Shown: positions 37,601 to 48,081 of the stretch, one piece after another
Position numbering within the stretch: the first letter of the stretch is position 1
Layout of the letters: every line of letters begins with the position of its first letter
Notes under the pieces: model-generated
What the model was told of the DNA's origin: nothing
Database searches by the model: none
Seen by the model: the letters and a program-made list of their open reading frames with translations, nothing else
Translations under genes and position numbers: made by a program
Source of the DNA: Octopus sinensis
Lineage: Eukaryota
Length of the DNA: 64,000 nt
Assembly: GCF_006345805.1 (NCBI RefSeq)
Contig: NC_043006.1
Location: 70,928,001-70,992,000, forward strand
Reading direction: 5' to 3'

Positions 37601-40600
37601 TCAGACTGGAGTCTGGTACAGTCTTCCAGCTTGCTAGCCCTGGTCAAACCATCCAACCCATGCCAGCATGGAAAATGGGCATTAAATGATGATGATGATT
37701 TACATTCTTCCTTTTAGACTCTGTAAAATGAAGTACCAGTGAATTCCCTCTACATATATTTATTGTTGTTGTGTAGATCTTGGGTCGAAAAGGTTCCAAT
37801 GATGATCCTTCAGATAGTGTATCAACTATGCAGTCCAAGGAATCCTTTCTTTCCTTTAAAGAAGTAGAGTGTGTAGATTTCTGGTCAAAAAGGTTCCAAT
37901 GATGATCCTTCAGATAGTGTATCAACTATGCAGTCCAAGGAATCCTTTCTTTCCTTTAAAGAAGGTAGAGTGTGTAGATTTCTGGTCGAAAAGGTTCCAA
38001 TGATGATCCTTCAGATAGTGTATCAACTATGCAGTCCAAGGAATCCTTTCTTTCCTTTAAAGAAGGTAGAGTGTGTAGATTCTGGTCGAAAAGGTTCCAA
38101 TGATGATCCTTCAGATAGTGTATCAACTATGCAGTCCAGGAATCCTTTCTTTCCTTTAAAGAAGTAGAGTGTGTAGATTTCTGGTCGAAAAGGTTCCAAT
38201 GATGATTCTTCAGATAGTGTATCAACTATGCAGTCCAAGGAATCCTTCTTTCCTTTAAAGAAGTAGAGTGTGTAGATTTCTGGTCGAAAAGGTTCCAATG
38301 ATGACCTTCAGATAGTGTATCAACTATACAGTCCAAGAAATCCTTTCTTTTCTTTAAAGAAGGTAGAGTGTGTAGATTTCTGGTCAAAAAGGTTCCAATG
38401 ATGATCCTTCAGATAGTGTATCAACTATGCAGTCCAAGGAATCCTTTCTTTCCTTTAAAGAAGGTAGAGTGTGTAGATTTCTGGTCGAAAAGGTTCCAAT
38501 GATGATCCTTCAGATAGTGTATCAACTATGCAGACCAAGGAATCCTTTCTTTCCTTTAAAGAAGGTAGAGTGTGTAGATTTCTGGTCGAAAAGGTTCCAA
38601 TGATGATCCTTCAGATAGTGTATCAACTATGCAGTCCAAGGAATCCTTTCTTTCCTTTAAAGAAGGTAGAGTGTGTAGATTTCTGGTCGAAAAGTTCCAA
38701 TGATGATCCTTCAGATAGTGTATCAACTATGCAGTCCAAGGAATCCTTTCTTTCCTTTAAGAAGGTAGAGTGTGTAGATTTCTGGTCGAAAAGGTTCCAA
38801 TGATGATTCTTCAGATAGTGTATCAACTATGCAGTCCAAGGAATCCTTTCTTTCCTTTAAAGAAGGTAGAGTGTGTAGATTTCTGGTCGAAAAGGTTCCA
38901 ATGATGATCCTTCAGATAGTGTATCAACTATACAGTCCAAGAAATCCTTTCTTTTCTTTAAAGAAGGTAGAGTGTGTAGATTTCTGGTCGAAAAGGTTCC
39001 AATGATGATCCTTCAGATAGTGTATCAACTATGCAGTCCAAGGAATCCTTTCTTTCCTTTAAAGAAGGTAGAGTGTGGTAGATTTCTGGTCAAAAAGGTT
39101 CCAATGATGACCTTCAGATAGTGTTTCAACTATACAGTCCAAGGAATCTTTTCTTTCCTTTAAAGAAGGTAGAGTGTGTAGATTTCTGGTCGAAAAGGTT
39201 CCAATGATGATCCTTCAGATAGTGTATCAACTATGCAGTCCAAGGAATCCTTTCTTTCCTTTAAAGAAGGTAGAGTGTGTAGATTTCTGGTCGAAAAGGT
39301 TCCAATGATGATCCTTCAGATAGTGTATCAACTATGCAGTCCAAGGAATCCTTTCTTTCCTTAAAGAAGGTAGAGTGTGTAGATTTCTGGTCGAAAAGGT
39401 TCCAATGATGATCCTTCAGATAGTGTATCAACTATGCAGTCCAAGGAATCCTTTCTTTCCTTTAAAGAAGGTAGAGTGTGTAGATTTCTGGTCGAAAAGG
39501 TTCCAATGATGATCCTTCAGATAGTGTATCAACTATGCAGTCCAAGGAATCCTTTCTTTCCTTTAAAGAAGGTAGAGTGTGTAGATTTCTGGTCGAAAAG
39601 GTTCCAATGATGATCCTTCAGATAGTGTTTCAACTATACAGTCCAAGGAATCTTTTCTTTCCTTTAAAGAAGGTAGAGTGTGTAGATTTCTGGTCGAAAA
39701 GGTTCCATGATGATCCTTCAGATAGTGTATCAACTATGCAGTCCAAGGAATCCTTTCTTTCCTTTAAAGAAGGTAGAGTGTGTAGATTTCTGGTCGAAAA
39801 GGTTCCAATGATGATCCTTCAGATAGTGTATCAACTATGCAGTCCAGGAATCCTTTCTTTCCTTTAAAGAAGGTAGAGTGTGTAGATTTCTGGTCGAAAA
39901 GGTTCCAATGATGATCCTTCAGATAGTGTATCAACTATGCAGTCCAGGAATCCTTTCTTTCCTTTAAAGAGGTAGAGTGTGTAGATTTCTGGTCGAAAAG
40001 GTTCCAATGATGATCCTTCAGATAGTGTATCAACTATGCAGTCCAAGGAATCCTTTCTTTCCTTTAAAGAAGGTAGAGTGTGTAGATTTCTGGTCGAAAA
40101 GGTTCCAATGATGATCCTTCAGATAGTGTATCAACTATGCAGTCCAAGGAATCCTTTCTTTCCTTTAAAGAAGGTAGAGTGTGTAGATTTCTGGTCGAAA
40201 AGGTTCCAATGATGATTCTTCAGATAGTGTATCAACTATGCAGTCCAAGGAATCCTTTCTTTCCTTTAAAGAAGGTAGAGTGTGTAGATTTCTGGTCGAA
40301 AAGGTTCCAATGATGATCCTTCAGATAGTGTATCAACTATACAGTCCAAGAAATCCTTTCTTTTCTTTAAAGAAGGTAGAGTGTGTAGATTTCTGGTCAA
40401 AAAGGTTCCAATGATGATCCTTCAGATAGTGTATCAACTATGCAGTCCAAGGAATCCTTTCTTCCTTTAAAGAAGGTAGAGTGTGTAGATTTCTGTCGAA
40501 AAGGTTCCAATGATGATCCTTCAGATAGTGTATCAACTATGCAGACCAAGAATCCTTTCTTTCCTTTAAAGAAGGTAGAGTGTGTAGATTTCTGGTCGAA

Positions 40601-43600
40601 AAGGTTCCAATGATGATCCTTCAGATAGTGTATCAACTATGCAGTCCAAGGAATCCTTTCTTTCCTTTAAGAAGGTAGAGTGTGTAGATTTCTGGTCAAA
40701 AAGGTTCCAATGATGATCCTCAGATAGTGTTTCAACTATACAGTCCAAGAATCTTTTCTTTCCTTTAAAGAAGGTAGAGTGTGTAGATTTCTGGTGTCGA
40801 AAAGGTTCCAATGATGATCCTTCAGATAGTGTATTCAACTATGCAGTCCAAGGAATCCTTTCTTTCCTTTAAAGAAGGTAGAGTGTGTAGATTTCTGGTC
40901 GAAAAGGTTCCAATGATGATCCTTCAGATAGTGTATCAACTATGCAGTCCAAGGAATCCTTTCTTTCCTTTAAAGAAGGTAGAGTGTGTAGATTTCTGGT
41001 CGAAAAGGTTCCAATGATGATCCTTCAGATAGTGTATCAACTATGCAGACCAAGGAATCCTTTCTTTCCTTTAAAGAAGGTAGAGTGTGTAGATTTCTGG
41101 TCGAAAAGGTTCCAATGATGATCCTTCAGATAGTGTATCAACTATGCAGTCCAAGGAATCCTTTCTTTCCTTTAAAGAAGGTAGAGTGTGTAGATTTCTG
41201 GTCGAAAAGGTTCCAATGATGATCCTTCAGATAGTGTATCAACTATGCAGTCCAAGGAATCCTTTCTTTCCTTTAAAGAAGGTAGAGTGTGTAGATTTCT
41301 GGTCGAAAAGGTTCCAATGATGATCCTTCAGATAGTGTATCAACTATGCAGTCCAAGGAATCCTTTCTTTCCTTTAAAGAAGGTAGAGTGTGTAGATTTC
41401 TGGTCGAAAAGGTTCCAATGATGATCCTTCAGATAGTGTATCAACTATGCAGTCCAAGGAATCCTTTCTTTCCTTTAAAGAAGGTAGATTGTATAGATTT
41501 CTGGTCGAAAAGGTTCCAATGATGATCCTTCAGATAGTGTATCAACTATGCAGTCCAAGGATCCTTTCTTTCCTTTAAGAAGGTAGAGTGTGTAGATTTC
41601 TGGTCGAAAAGGTTCCAATGATGATCCTTCAGATAGTGTATCAACTATGCAGTCCAAGGAATCCTTTCTTTCCTTTAAAAAGAAGTAGAGTGTGTAGATT
41701 TCTGGTCGAAAAGGTTCCAATGATGATCCTTCAGATAGTGTATCAACTATGCAGACCAAGGAATCCTTTCTTTCCTTTAAAGAAGGTAGAGTGTGTAGAT
41801 TTCTGGTCGAAAAGGTTCCAATGATGATCCTTCAGATAGTGTATCAACTATGCAGTCCAAGGAATCCTTTCTTTCCTTAAAGAAGGTAGAGTGTGTAGAT
41901 TTCTGGTCAAAAAGGTTCCAATGATGATCCTTCAGATAGTGTATCAACTATGCAGACCAAGGAATCCTTTCTTTCCTTTAAAGAAGGTAGAGTGTGTAGA
42001 TTTCTGGTCGAAAAGGTTCCAATGATGATCCTTCAGATAGTGTATCAACTATGCAGTCCAAGGATCCTTTCTTTCCTTTAAAGAAGGTAGAGTGTGTAGA
42101 TTTCTGGTCAAAAAGGTTCCAATGATGATCCTTCAGATAGTGTTTCAACTATACAGTCCAAGGAATCTTTTCTTTCCTTTAAAGAAGGTAGAGTGTGTAG
42201 ATTTCTGGTCGAAAAGGTTCCAATGATGATCCTTCAGATAGTGTATCAACTATGCAGTCCAAGGAATCCTTTCTTTCTTTAAAGAAGGTAGAGTGTGTAG
42301 ATTTCTGTCGAAAAGGTTCCAATGATGATCCTTCAGATAGTGTATCAACTATGCAGTCCAAGGAATCCTTTCTTTCCTTTAAAGAAGGTAGAGTGTGTAG
42401 ATTTCTGGTCAAAAAGGTTCCAATGATGATCCTTCAGATAGTGTTTCAACTATACAGTCCAAGGAATCTTTTCTTTCCTTTAAAGAAGGTAGAGTGTGTA
42501 GATTTCTGGTCGAAAAGGTTCCAATGATGATCCTTCAGATAGTGTATCAACTATGCAGTCCAAGGAATCCTTTCTTTCCTTTAAAGAAGGTAGATTGTAT
42601 AGATTTCTGGTCGAAAAGGTTCCAATGATGATCCTTCAGATAGTGTATCAACTATGCAGTCCAAGGAATCCTTTCTTTCCTTTAAAGAAGGTAGAGTGTG
42701 TAGATTTCTGGTCGAAAAGGTTCCAATGATGATCCTTCAGATAGTGTATCAACTATGCAGTCCAAGGAATCCTTTCTTTCCTTTAAGAAGGTAGAGTGTG
42801 TAGATTTCTGGTCGAAAAGGTTCCAATGATGATCCTTCAGATAGTGTATCAACTATGCAGACCAAGGAATCCTTTCTTTCCTTTAAAGAAGGTAGAGTGT
42901 GTATTTCTGGTCGAAAAGGTTCCAATGATGATCCTTCAGATAGTGTATCAACTATGCAGTCCAAGGAATCCTTTCTTTCCTTTAAAGAAGGTAGAGTGTG
43001 TAGATTTCTGGTCAAAAAGGTTCCAATGATGATCCTTCAGATAGTGTATCAACTATGCAGACCAAGGAATCCTTTCTTTCCTTTAAAGAAGGTAGAGTGT
43101 GTAGATTCTGGTCGAAAAGGTTCCAATGATGATCCTTCAGATAGTGTATCAACTATGCAGTCCAAGGAATCCTTTCTTTCCTTTAAAGAAGGTAGAGTGT
43201 GTAGATTTCTGGTCAAAAAGGTTCCAATGATGATCCTTCAGATAGTGTTTCAACTATACAGTCCAAGGAATCTTTTCTTTCCTTTAAAGAAGGTAGAGTG
43301 TGTAGATTTCTGGTCGAAAAGGTTCCAATGATGATCCTTCAGATAGTGTATCAACTATGCAGTCCAAGGAATCCTTTCTTTCCTTTAAAGAAGGTAGAGT
43401 GTGTAGATTTCTGGTCGAAAAGGTTCCAATGATGATCCTTCAGATAGTGTATCAACTATGCAGTCCAAGGAATCCTTTCTTTCCTTTAAAGAAGGTAGAG
43501 TGTGTAGATTTCTGGTCGAAAAGGTTCCAATGATGATCCTTCAGATAGTGTATCAACTATGCAGACCAGGAATCCTTTTTCTTTTTTAAAGAAGGTAGAG

Positions 43601-46600
43601 TGTGTAGATTTCTGGTCGAAAAGGTTCCATGATGATCCTTCAGATAGTGTATCAACTATGCAGTCCAAGGAATCCTTTCTTCCTTTAAAGAAGGTAGAGT
43701 GTGTAGATTTCTGGTCGAAAAGTTCCAATGATGATCCTTCAGATAGTGTATCAACTATGCAGTCCAAGGAATCCTTTCTTTCCTTTAAAGAAGGTAGAGT
43801 GTGTAGATTTCTGGTCGAAAAGGTTCCAATGATGATCCTTCAGATAGTGTATCAACTATGCAGTCCAAGGAATCCTTTCTTTCCTTTAAAGAAGGTAAGT
43901 GTGTAGATTTCTGGTCGAAAAGGTTCCAATGATGATCCTTCAGATAGTGTAATCAACTATGCAGTCCAAGGAATCCTTTCTTTCCTTTAAAGAAGGTAGA
44001 GTGTGTAGATTTCTGGTCGAAAAGGTTCCAATGATGATCCTTCAGATAGTGTATCAACTATGCAGACCAAGGAATCCTTTCTTTCCTTTAAAGAAGGTAG
44101 AGTGTGTAGATTTCTGGTCGAAAAGGTTCCAATGATGATCCTTCAGATAGTGTATCAACTATGCAGTCCAATGAATCCTTTCTTTCCTTTAAAGAAGGTA
44201 GAGTGTGTAGATTTCTGGTCGAAAAGGTTCCAAAAATGATCCTTCAGATAGTGTATCAACTATGCAGTCCAAGGAATCCTTTCTTTCCTTTAAAGAAGGT
44301 AGAGTGTATAGATTTCTGGTCGAAAAGGTTCCAATGATGATCCTTCAGATAGTGTATCAACTATACAGTCCAAGGAATCCTTTCTTTCCTTTAAAGAAGG
44401 TAGAGTGTAATTTGAGAGTCTTGGCTCTACTATTTTAGCATAAAGTGTACTACCGTGTGGATCAGGACAATACAATCTGATGTAGTTCAGTGTAGCTCAG
44501 TACAGTACCAGTACTGAACCAGTAACATTTTCTGTTTGTCCTCTGACACTCCTAATCAGTTGTTTGAAATTCCTTCCATCTGTTTCAGTAATTCACATGT
44601 TTATATGACATGACGAAACCATTTTTGCAGTAAAAAAAAAAACAGAAAAGCTAGAGAAAAATAGCAGCCAAATAATATCTAAAGTAGAAAGAACATATAA
44701 GATAATGTAGTCCTGGGTAAAATGAGAGAGTATGGCCATGGCTTGATTTCCTTTGACTCGGTTCAGGTTTAAACATCAAAAGCTGTGTGACAGGAATCAG
44801 ATTTGGGAGTTTGACATCAATGGCTATATGATGAAGACTAAATCTGGGGGTTAAACACCAACACATCTCTAATACTTTCTAAACAATGATTATCTCCATT
44901 TATTTCAGGCATCCAAATGATGTAGATCTAGTTGTAGGTGGTTTAACGGAGATCCCTGTTAAAGGAGGGATAGTAGGACCAACTTATGCCTGTATAATGG
45001 CCAAGCAATTCCATGCCCTCAAGTTTGGAGACAGATATTGGTACGAGGAAGAGAAAGTATTTTCTGAAGGTAACTTTATTATTATTTGGTTTCTCATCTT
45101 TAAAATGGTTTTGGTCACAGTAGTGGTGATGGTGGTCTCCTATGTTTAATACTACAGAAAGCAGATAATAATAATAATAAAGCTCCTTCCTGAGGAAGGA
45201 GCTTTGACATCAATGGCTATATAATGAAGATTAAAGGTTGGGAATATATACATCTGAGAAAACCTGGAAACTGGCTCTTTGAGTTTTCTCAGATGTATAT
45301 ATTCCCAACCTGGACAGGACGCTGGTCTGTCAGGATTACTCATTTTTGCCAGCTGAATGGACAGGAGCAACATGAAATGTAGTATATTGTTCACAAACAC
45401 AATGTATCACCTGGTCCAGGAATTGAAACCATAATCATGAGTCCAACACCTTAACCACTCAGCCATGTGCATCCACGGAGGACAGAGTAGACTGCCAACT
45501 CAGTAGAGTAACTGTATGATGTGATGGTATCCTCTATTTAATATATTAAGTTAATAAGCATCATGCTGTCCCAGAGTGGCACCTTGAGCAAAAGTCTTCT
45601 ACTGTAACCCCAGGTTGATGAAAGCATCATATATGTGCATGTTTGATATCTTACATCTCTTTACCTTGACATTGCATAATAGTTAACAAGTGCCACAATC
45701 ATGAAAGTGGTGTCCTTTGTTTTCAATCTTTCTGTGAAAACATATTTAGCCATGAGAGAAATGTTGTCTCATTTGGAAGGTTGATGACAGGAAAGGAATC
45801 CAGCTGTAGAAAATACACCGTAACAAATCCCATCTAACCCATGCAAGCATGGAAAAGCAAACATTAAACAATGATGATATTGATGATGATGAGGTGTTGG
45901 AGACCTATGCTAACCTGGAAAATTAGATGTCAAAATGATGCTTTGTATTTCATATTACTTTTACATCCATCATAATATCTTGTTATTTAATGAAATTATT
46001 TTCTATTACAGATCAGCTGTATCAAATACAATTAACGAACATGCATAAAGTATTAATGAGAACCACAAAGTTGAGCAAAGTTCCAAAGTCAGCATTTCAT
46101 GTTAACAGTCATTTGTAAGTATAAGGGATTTTATGATCTTCAATCATTGACCAAACGTTGATAGCTTGTTAATGAACGACACAGGAGTTGACATTCATCA
46201 GTTGTTTTGGCCCTAACAAAAGTCACAGCAATTTAGAAATTGCCAAAGTGATAGCTATGTTCTGCACATAGCTATTGATGACATCTTTTCATTACTTGTG
46301 TTAGCATTTTATCTGCCATGGAGGATCTGGTAGAAATAAAAACCTTTATAATTGGTTTGAAGAGACTAAATATACTGACAAGCATCCTCAAATACCTATC
46401 ACATGCAGCCAGCATAGAAAACATATGCTAAATAATGAAAATAACGTGTGTAGCTGCCTCACTATAAACTTTTCATCATCAACTCCCCTCTTAAAAGTTT
46501 TTGTCTTGCAAGTACTTGATGACCCTGTCGGTGAAGGTGCCACTTAAAAGCACCCAGTCCACACTGTGTTCGGAAGGACATCCAGCAGTAAAAACTTTGC

Positions 46601-46788
46601 CAAAACTGACCTCGCCTGTGCCATGTAAAAAGCACTAAGTCTACTTTGATGAGTGGTTGGTGTTAAGAAGAGCATCTAGCTGTAAAAATCCTGCCAAAAG
46701 TCACGGAAGTCTGGTGCAGGCTTTAGCCTGGTTGGCCTTTGTGGTACCGTCCCACCCATGCTAGCATGGAACACAGGCGTTAAATGAT

Positions 46789-46826
<38 letters not shown>

Positions 46827-47458
46827 TATATATATCAAGAGAGTCAGATACGTATATATACATATATTATTCTTAAACCCAAAATATTATTGACAGTGAC
46901 TTCAAAGTTTTGGCCAGCTAAGCCATTGTCAGACTGCCAGTTTGAACTGACCACATCCAGCCTCTCACACCTACCCTACAATGTGATTCTGAAAATAAAC
47001 AATCACCACATCGAAATCTTGAAAGCAATGTGAATGAACAAGCTTTACATTTGACAGAATAATCTGAATTTGTTTAAATGTAACTTCCAACTGCAACAGA
47101 TTCACTTTACACAGACAGACATAACAGCTATAATGAGGAGATGAAGTGAACGGTTTTTCAGTGTTGAGGTGGAATTGTGACTGAAAGAGGCTGGCTGGGA
47201 GCAGTAGAAATAAAAGGAGAGGTAGTTAGATCATTTGGTTGGGTTTAAAAACCGTTTCTAGGGCCTGGTTAGTGAAGGAAGACTTGGGAAAAGTTTATTT
47301 AAGGGTTAATAATGATAATTGCTAATAAAAAATTTTTTAATGAAATAAGATGTAAATATTGACATAATTCTCTCTCTCTCTACAGGAATCCTTATGTGAG
47401 TAGACATAATGTAGTTGAACTTGATCTATCTCCTTGGCAAGACACCAGTGCTAAATAA
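18021..47458 (+). CDS. Animal haem peroxidase (peroxidase-cyclooxygenase superfamily; invertebrate peroxinectin/chorion-peroxidase/MPO-like); 5' end not resolved
   Basis: 11 GT-AG exons joined in phase: 18021-18187, 19559-19747, 23638-23680, 23954-24069, 27406-27507, 31233-31346, 34781-35026, 35132-35693, 44909-45069, 46012-46114, 47386-47458 (1876 nt = 1 + 625 codons including TAA). Motifs: YRTINGACNN, LPSARAIS, FGQFMSHD (distal His), TSYIDGS (Ca loop), GDTRINE (distal Arg), REHNR, FRFGH (proximal His), NIQRGRDHG, GDRYWYE, LDLSPW. Confidence 0.95.
18759..18972. mobile_element. TTAA-flanked (piggyBac-type) MITE
   Basis: TTAA on both sides; ends CCATTTTGTTAC / GTAACAAAAGGG; homologue at 8042-8261. 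Confidence 0.8.
19559..19747 (+). CDS. Peroxidase exon with distal His (LPSARAIS...FGQFMSHDF)
   Basis: Acceptor ccctag|gt; donor g|gtgagt; phase 1 to 1; missing from the ORF track. Confidence 0.95.
20800..21226 (+). mobile_element. tRNA-derived SINE, family A (CORE-like GGGCAAGTGTCTT domain, internal (TA/TG)n)
   Basis: Head GGCTGTGTGGTAAG...GGTTCAGTCCC; tail (AAAGAG)n. At least 10 copies in the window, e.g. 30624-31020 +, 48388-48775 +, 14105-14795 -, 22090-22595 -, 55730-56065 -, 62085-62433 -. Confidence 0.85.
21588..21911 (-). mobile_element. Decayed RTE-type LINE RT fragment (probably the same insertion as 22666-23061, split by a SINE)
   Basis: GIRHHGCILFPILINYVTDRVL resembles the GVRQGCILSP.LFN motif. 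Confidence 0.7.
22666..23061 (-). mobile_element. Decayed RTE-type LINE ORF2 fragment (pre-RT linker)
   Basis: ...GDLITS...QWREYFECLLN...IRKLKCLKSGTQD...IWE. Confidence 0.75.
23638..23680 (+). CDS. Peroxidase 43-nt exon (AKKINCCQSENKN)
   Basis: Acceptor ttaccag|ga; donor ag|gtaagt; supplies the conserved CC; phase 1 to 2. Confidence 0.88.
23954..24069 (+). CDS. Peroxidase exon (TDCLPISVPTND...TCLHFLRS)
   Basis: Acceptor attacag|a; donor g|gtaaga; matches the CxPI..P..D....C..F.RS motif; phase 2 to 1. Confidence 0.93.
24256..24335. repeat. (CCA)n(TCA)n microsatellite
   Basis: Read directly from the sequence. Confidence 0.95.
25023..25367. mobile_element. Second copy of the foldback element, internally deleted
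   Basis: Same arms; the extension CAAAGTACTGTTGC...TACAAATAGTGATTTTC is the reverse complement of 8602-8655. Confidence 0.8.
25690..26297 (-). mobile_element. Copy of the (TAA)n-associated repeat with an internal inverted duplication
   Basis: Colinear with 16440-16915 on the - strand, except for a perfect 62-bp foldback at 25860-25990. Confidence 0.8.
26320..26650 (+). mobile_element. 5'-truncated Dong/R4-type non-LTR retrotransposon 3' end (restriction-like endonuclease C-terminus)
   Basis: KIEKVDKYGDLRIEIANLWQL*ESNI*VIPIVIGALSSIP...LRKSALLGTACKLHKVLSV*, with in-frame stops, flanked by (AAT)n. Confidence 0.8.
26673..26856 (+). mobile_element. Second, different Dong/R4-type LINE 3' end
   Basis: LEVIQKTSLLGTARILRRVLSL plus a different 3' UTR ending in (AAT)n. 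Confidence 0.75.
27406..27507 (+). CDS. Peroxidase exon (VREQLNEATSYIDGSTVYGS)
   Basis: Acceptor cattag|at; donor g|gtaagt; calcium-binding loop. Confidence 0.95.
30250..30620. mobile_element. Second TTAA-type MITE family (partial copies near 8450-8600, 46930-47070, 56265-56465)
   Basis: TTAA-CCCTTTAGAATTT...AATGCTAAAGAG-TTAA; this copy is interrupted by a SINE fragment. Confidence 0.65.
30624..31020 (+). mobile_element. SINE family A, full-length copy
   Basis: Colinear with 20800-21226. Confidence 0.85.
31233..31346 (+). CDS. Peroxidase exon (LLKTVSC...TECSV...PCLYA)
   Basis: Acceptor ccttag|gt; donor g|gtgagg; phase 1 to 1; leads into GD-R. Confidence 0.92.
31592..31975 (+). mobile_element. 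Second copy of the hammerhead-tailed SINE, with an inverted 5' duplication of its tail
   Basis: 31592-31695 is the reverse complement of about 31839-31941; tRNA-like head at about 31705-31775. Confidence 0.75.
34238..34590. repeat. Degenerate (CA/TA)n low-complexity tract with a recurring CACAAAGGCACATAGA motif
   Basis: Read directly from the sequence; source of several spurious ORFs. Confidence 0.9.
34781..35026 (+). CDS. Peroxidase exon with distal Arg (GDTRINENPAL...REHNRLA)
   Basis: Acceptor tgtcag|gc; donor g|gtgagt. Confidence 0.97.
35132..35693 (+). CDS. Peroxidase exon with proximal His (FRFGH...NIQRGRDHGL)
   Basis: Acceptor tttcacag|aa; donor gc|gtaagt; phase 1 to 2. Confidence 0.97.
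35760..36370 (+). mobile_element. Tandem cluster of SINE family C copies (GAGTTCAAATTCC B-box, GGTCGACTTTGCCTTTCATCC body)
   Basis: Three head-to-tail copies separated by (ATT/GTT)n. Confidence 0.75.
36398..36880 (+). mobile_element. Third copy of the (TAA)n-associated repeat
   Basis: Starts GAGTGAGAGAACAGTGCATGCCATCAAA after (att/gtt)n. Confidence 0.8.
37771..44408. repeat. Intronic tandem satellite, 101-bp unit, about 66 copies
   Basis: Consensus GTAGATTTCTGGTCGAAAAGGTTCCAATGATGATCCTTCAGATAGTGTATCAACTATGCAGTCCAAGGAATCCTTTCTTTCCTTTAAAGAAGGTAGAGTGT, head-to-tail with no spacers; 6638 bp / 101 is about 66. Confidence 0.98.
44909..45069 (+). CDS. Peroxidase exon (HPNDVDLVVGGL...GDRYWYE)
   Basis: Acceptor tttcag|g; donor g|gtaact; phase 2 to 1. 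Confidence 0.96.
46012..46114 (+). CDS. Peroxidase exon (QLYQIQLTNMHKVL...SAF)
   Basis: Acceptor attacag|at; donor tt|gtaagt; phase 1 to 2; occupies the position of the conserved QL..I....L.R helix. Confidence 0.87.
47386..47458 (+). CDS. Peroxidase terminal exon (NPYVSRHNVVELDLSPWQDTSAK*)
   Basis: Acceptor ctctacag|g; LDLSPW terminal motif; TAA at 47456-47458; AATAAA at 47544. Confidence 0.9.
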
Positions 47459-47616
47459 TGCAACTGACTTTTCTATAAAGACCACTATAGGTCTTTTCTA
47501 CAAAGACCTATAAAGACATCTACAGAAAATTTTAACACTTACAAATAAATTTATTGTCATAGCAGACTTCAAAATACTTAACAGGTTTTTATTTCTCATG
47601 TCAGTTTTTGAATATA

Positions 47617-47796
47617 CAAGGTATCCATAAATTACCCTTACAATTAGGGGGGCGAAAAAAATCAGCAAATTTTATTGGAAACATGCAAACAAAAAGTTTT
47701 ATTAGAAACATCAGAAGACTCCCATGTAGGCTCCATGCAACTTGAGATTTTTTTTTTAACTTTTTCAAATTGTAAAGGTAATTTATGGACACCATA
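47617..47796. mobile_element. Mariner/Tc1-type MITE just downstream of the peroxidase stop
   Basis: TIRs GTATCCATAAATTACCCTTACAATT / AATTGTAAAGGTAATTTATGGACAC with TA flanks. Confidence 0.8.
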
Positions 47797-48035
47797 TATG
47801 TGTGTGTATAACATGCACATGCACTGTACAGGTTTCATCACCTTCAGTGTTCATGCTTGCATAGGTCAGAATTTGCTGAGAGATTTTTCTATAGTCCAAT
47901 GCCCTTCCTGTTGCTAACCCACAGCTGCATCTGAGTAAGGTAATAATATCTGCCCATGACCAGACATATTTTCACAGAAGGTTGGAAACAAAGGACACCA
48001 CTGGCATTTACAGCTACCACACAATATCAAGGCAA

Positions 48036-48081
<46 letters not shown>

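Noticed and set aside
37771-44408. CRISPR array, or protein-coding repeat (many 60-158 aa ORFs in the track)
   Set aside because: Units are contiguous with no unique spacers, there are no cas genes, and the context is a eukaryotic intron. The 101-bp period shifts frame every unit and hits stops.
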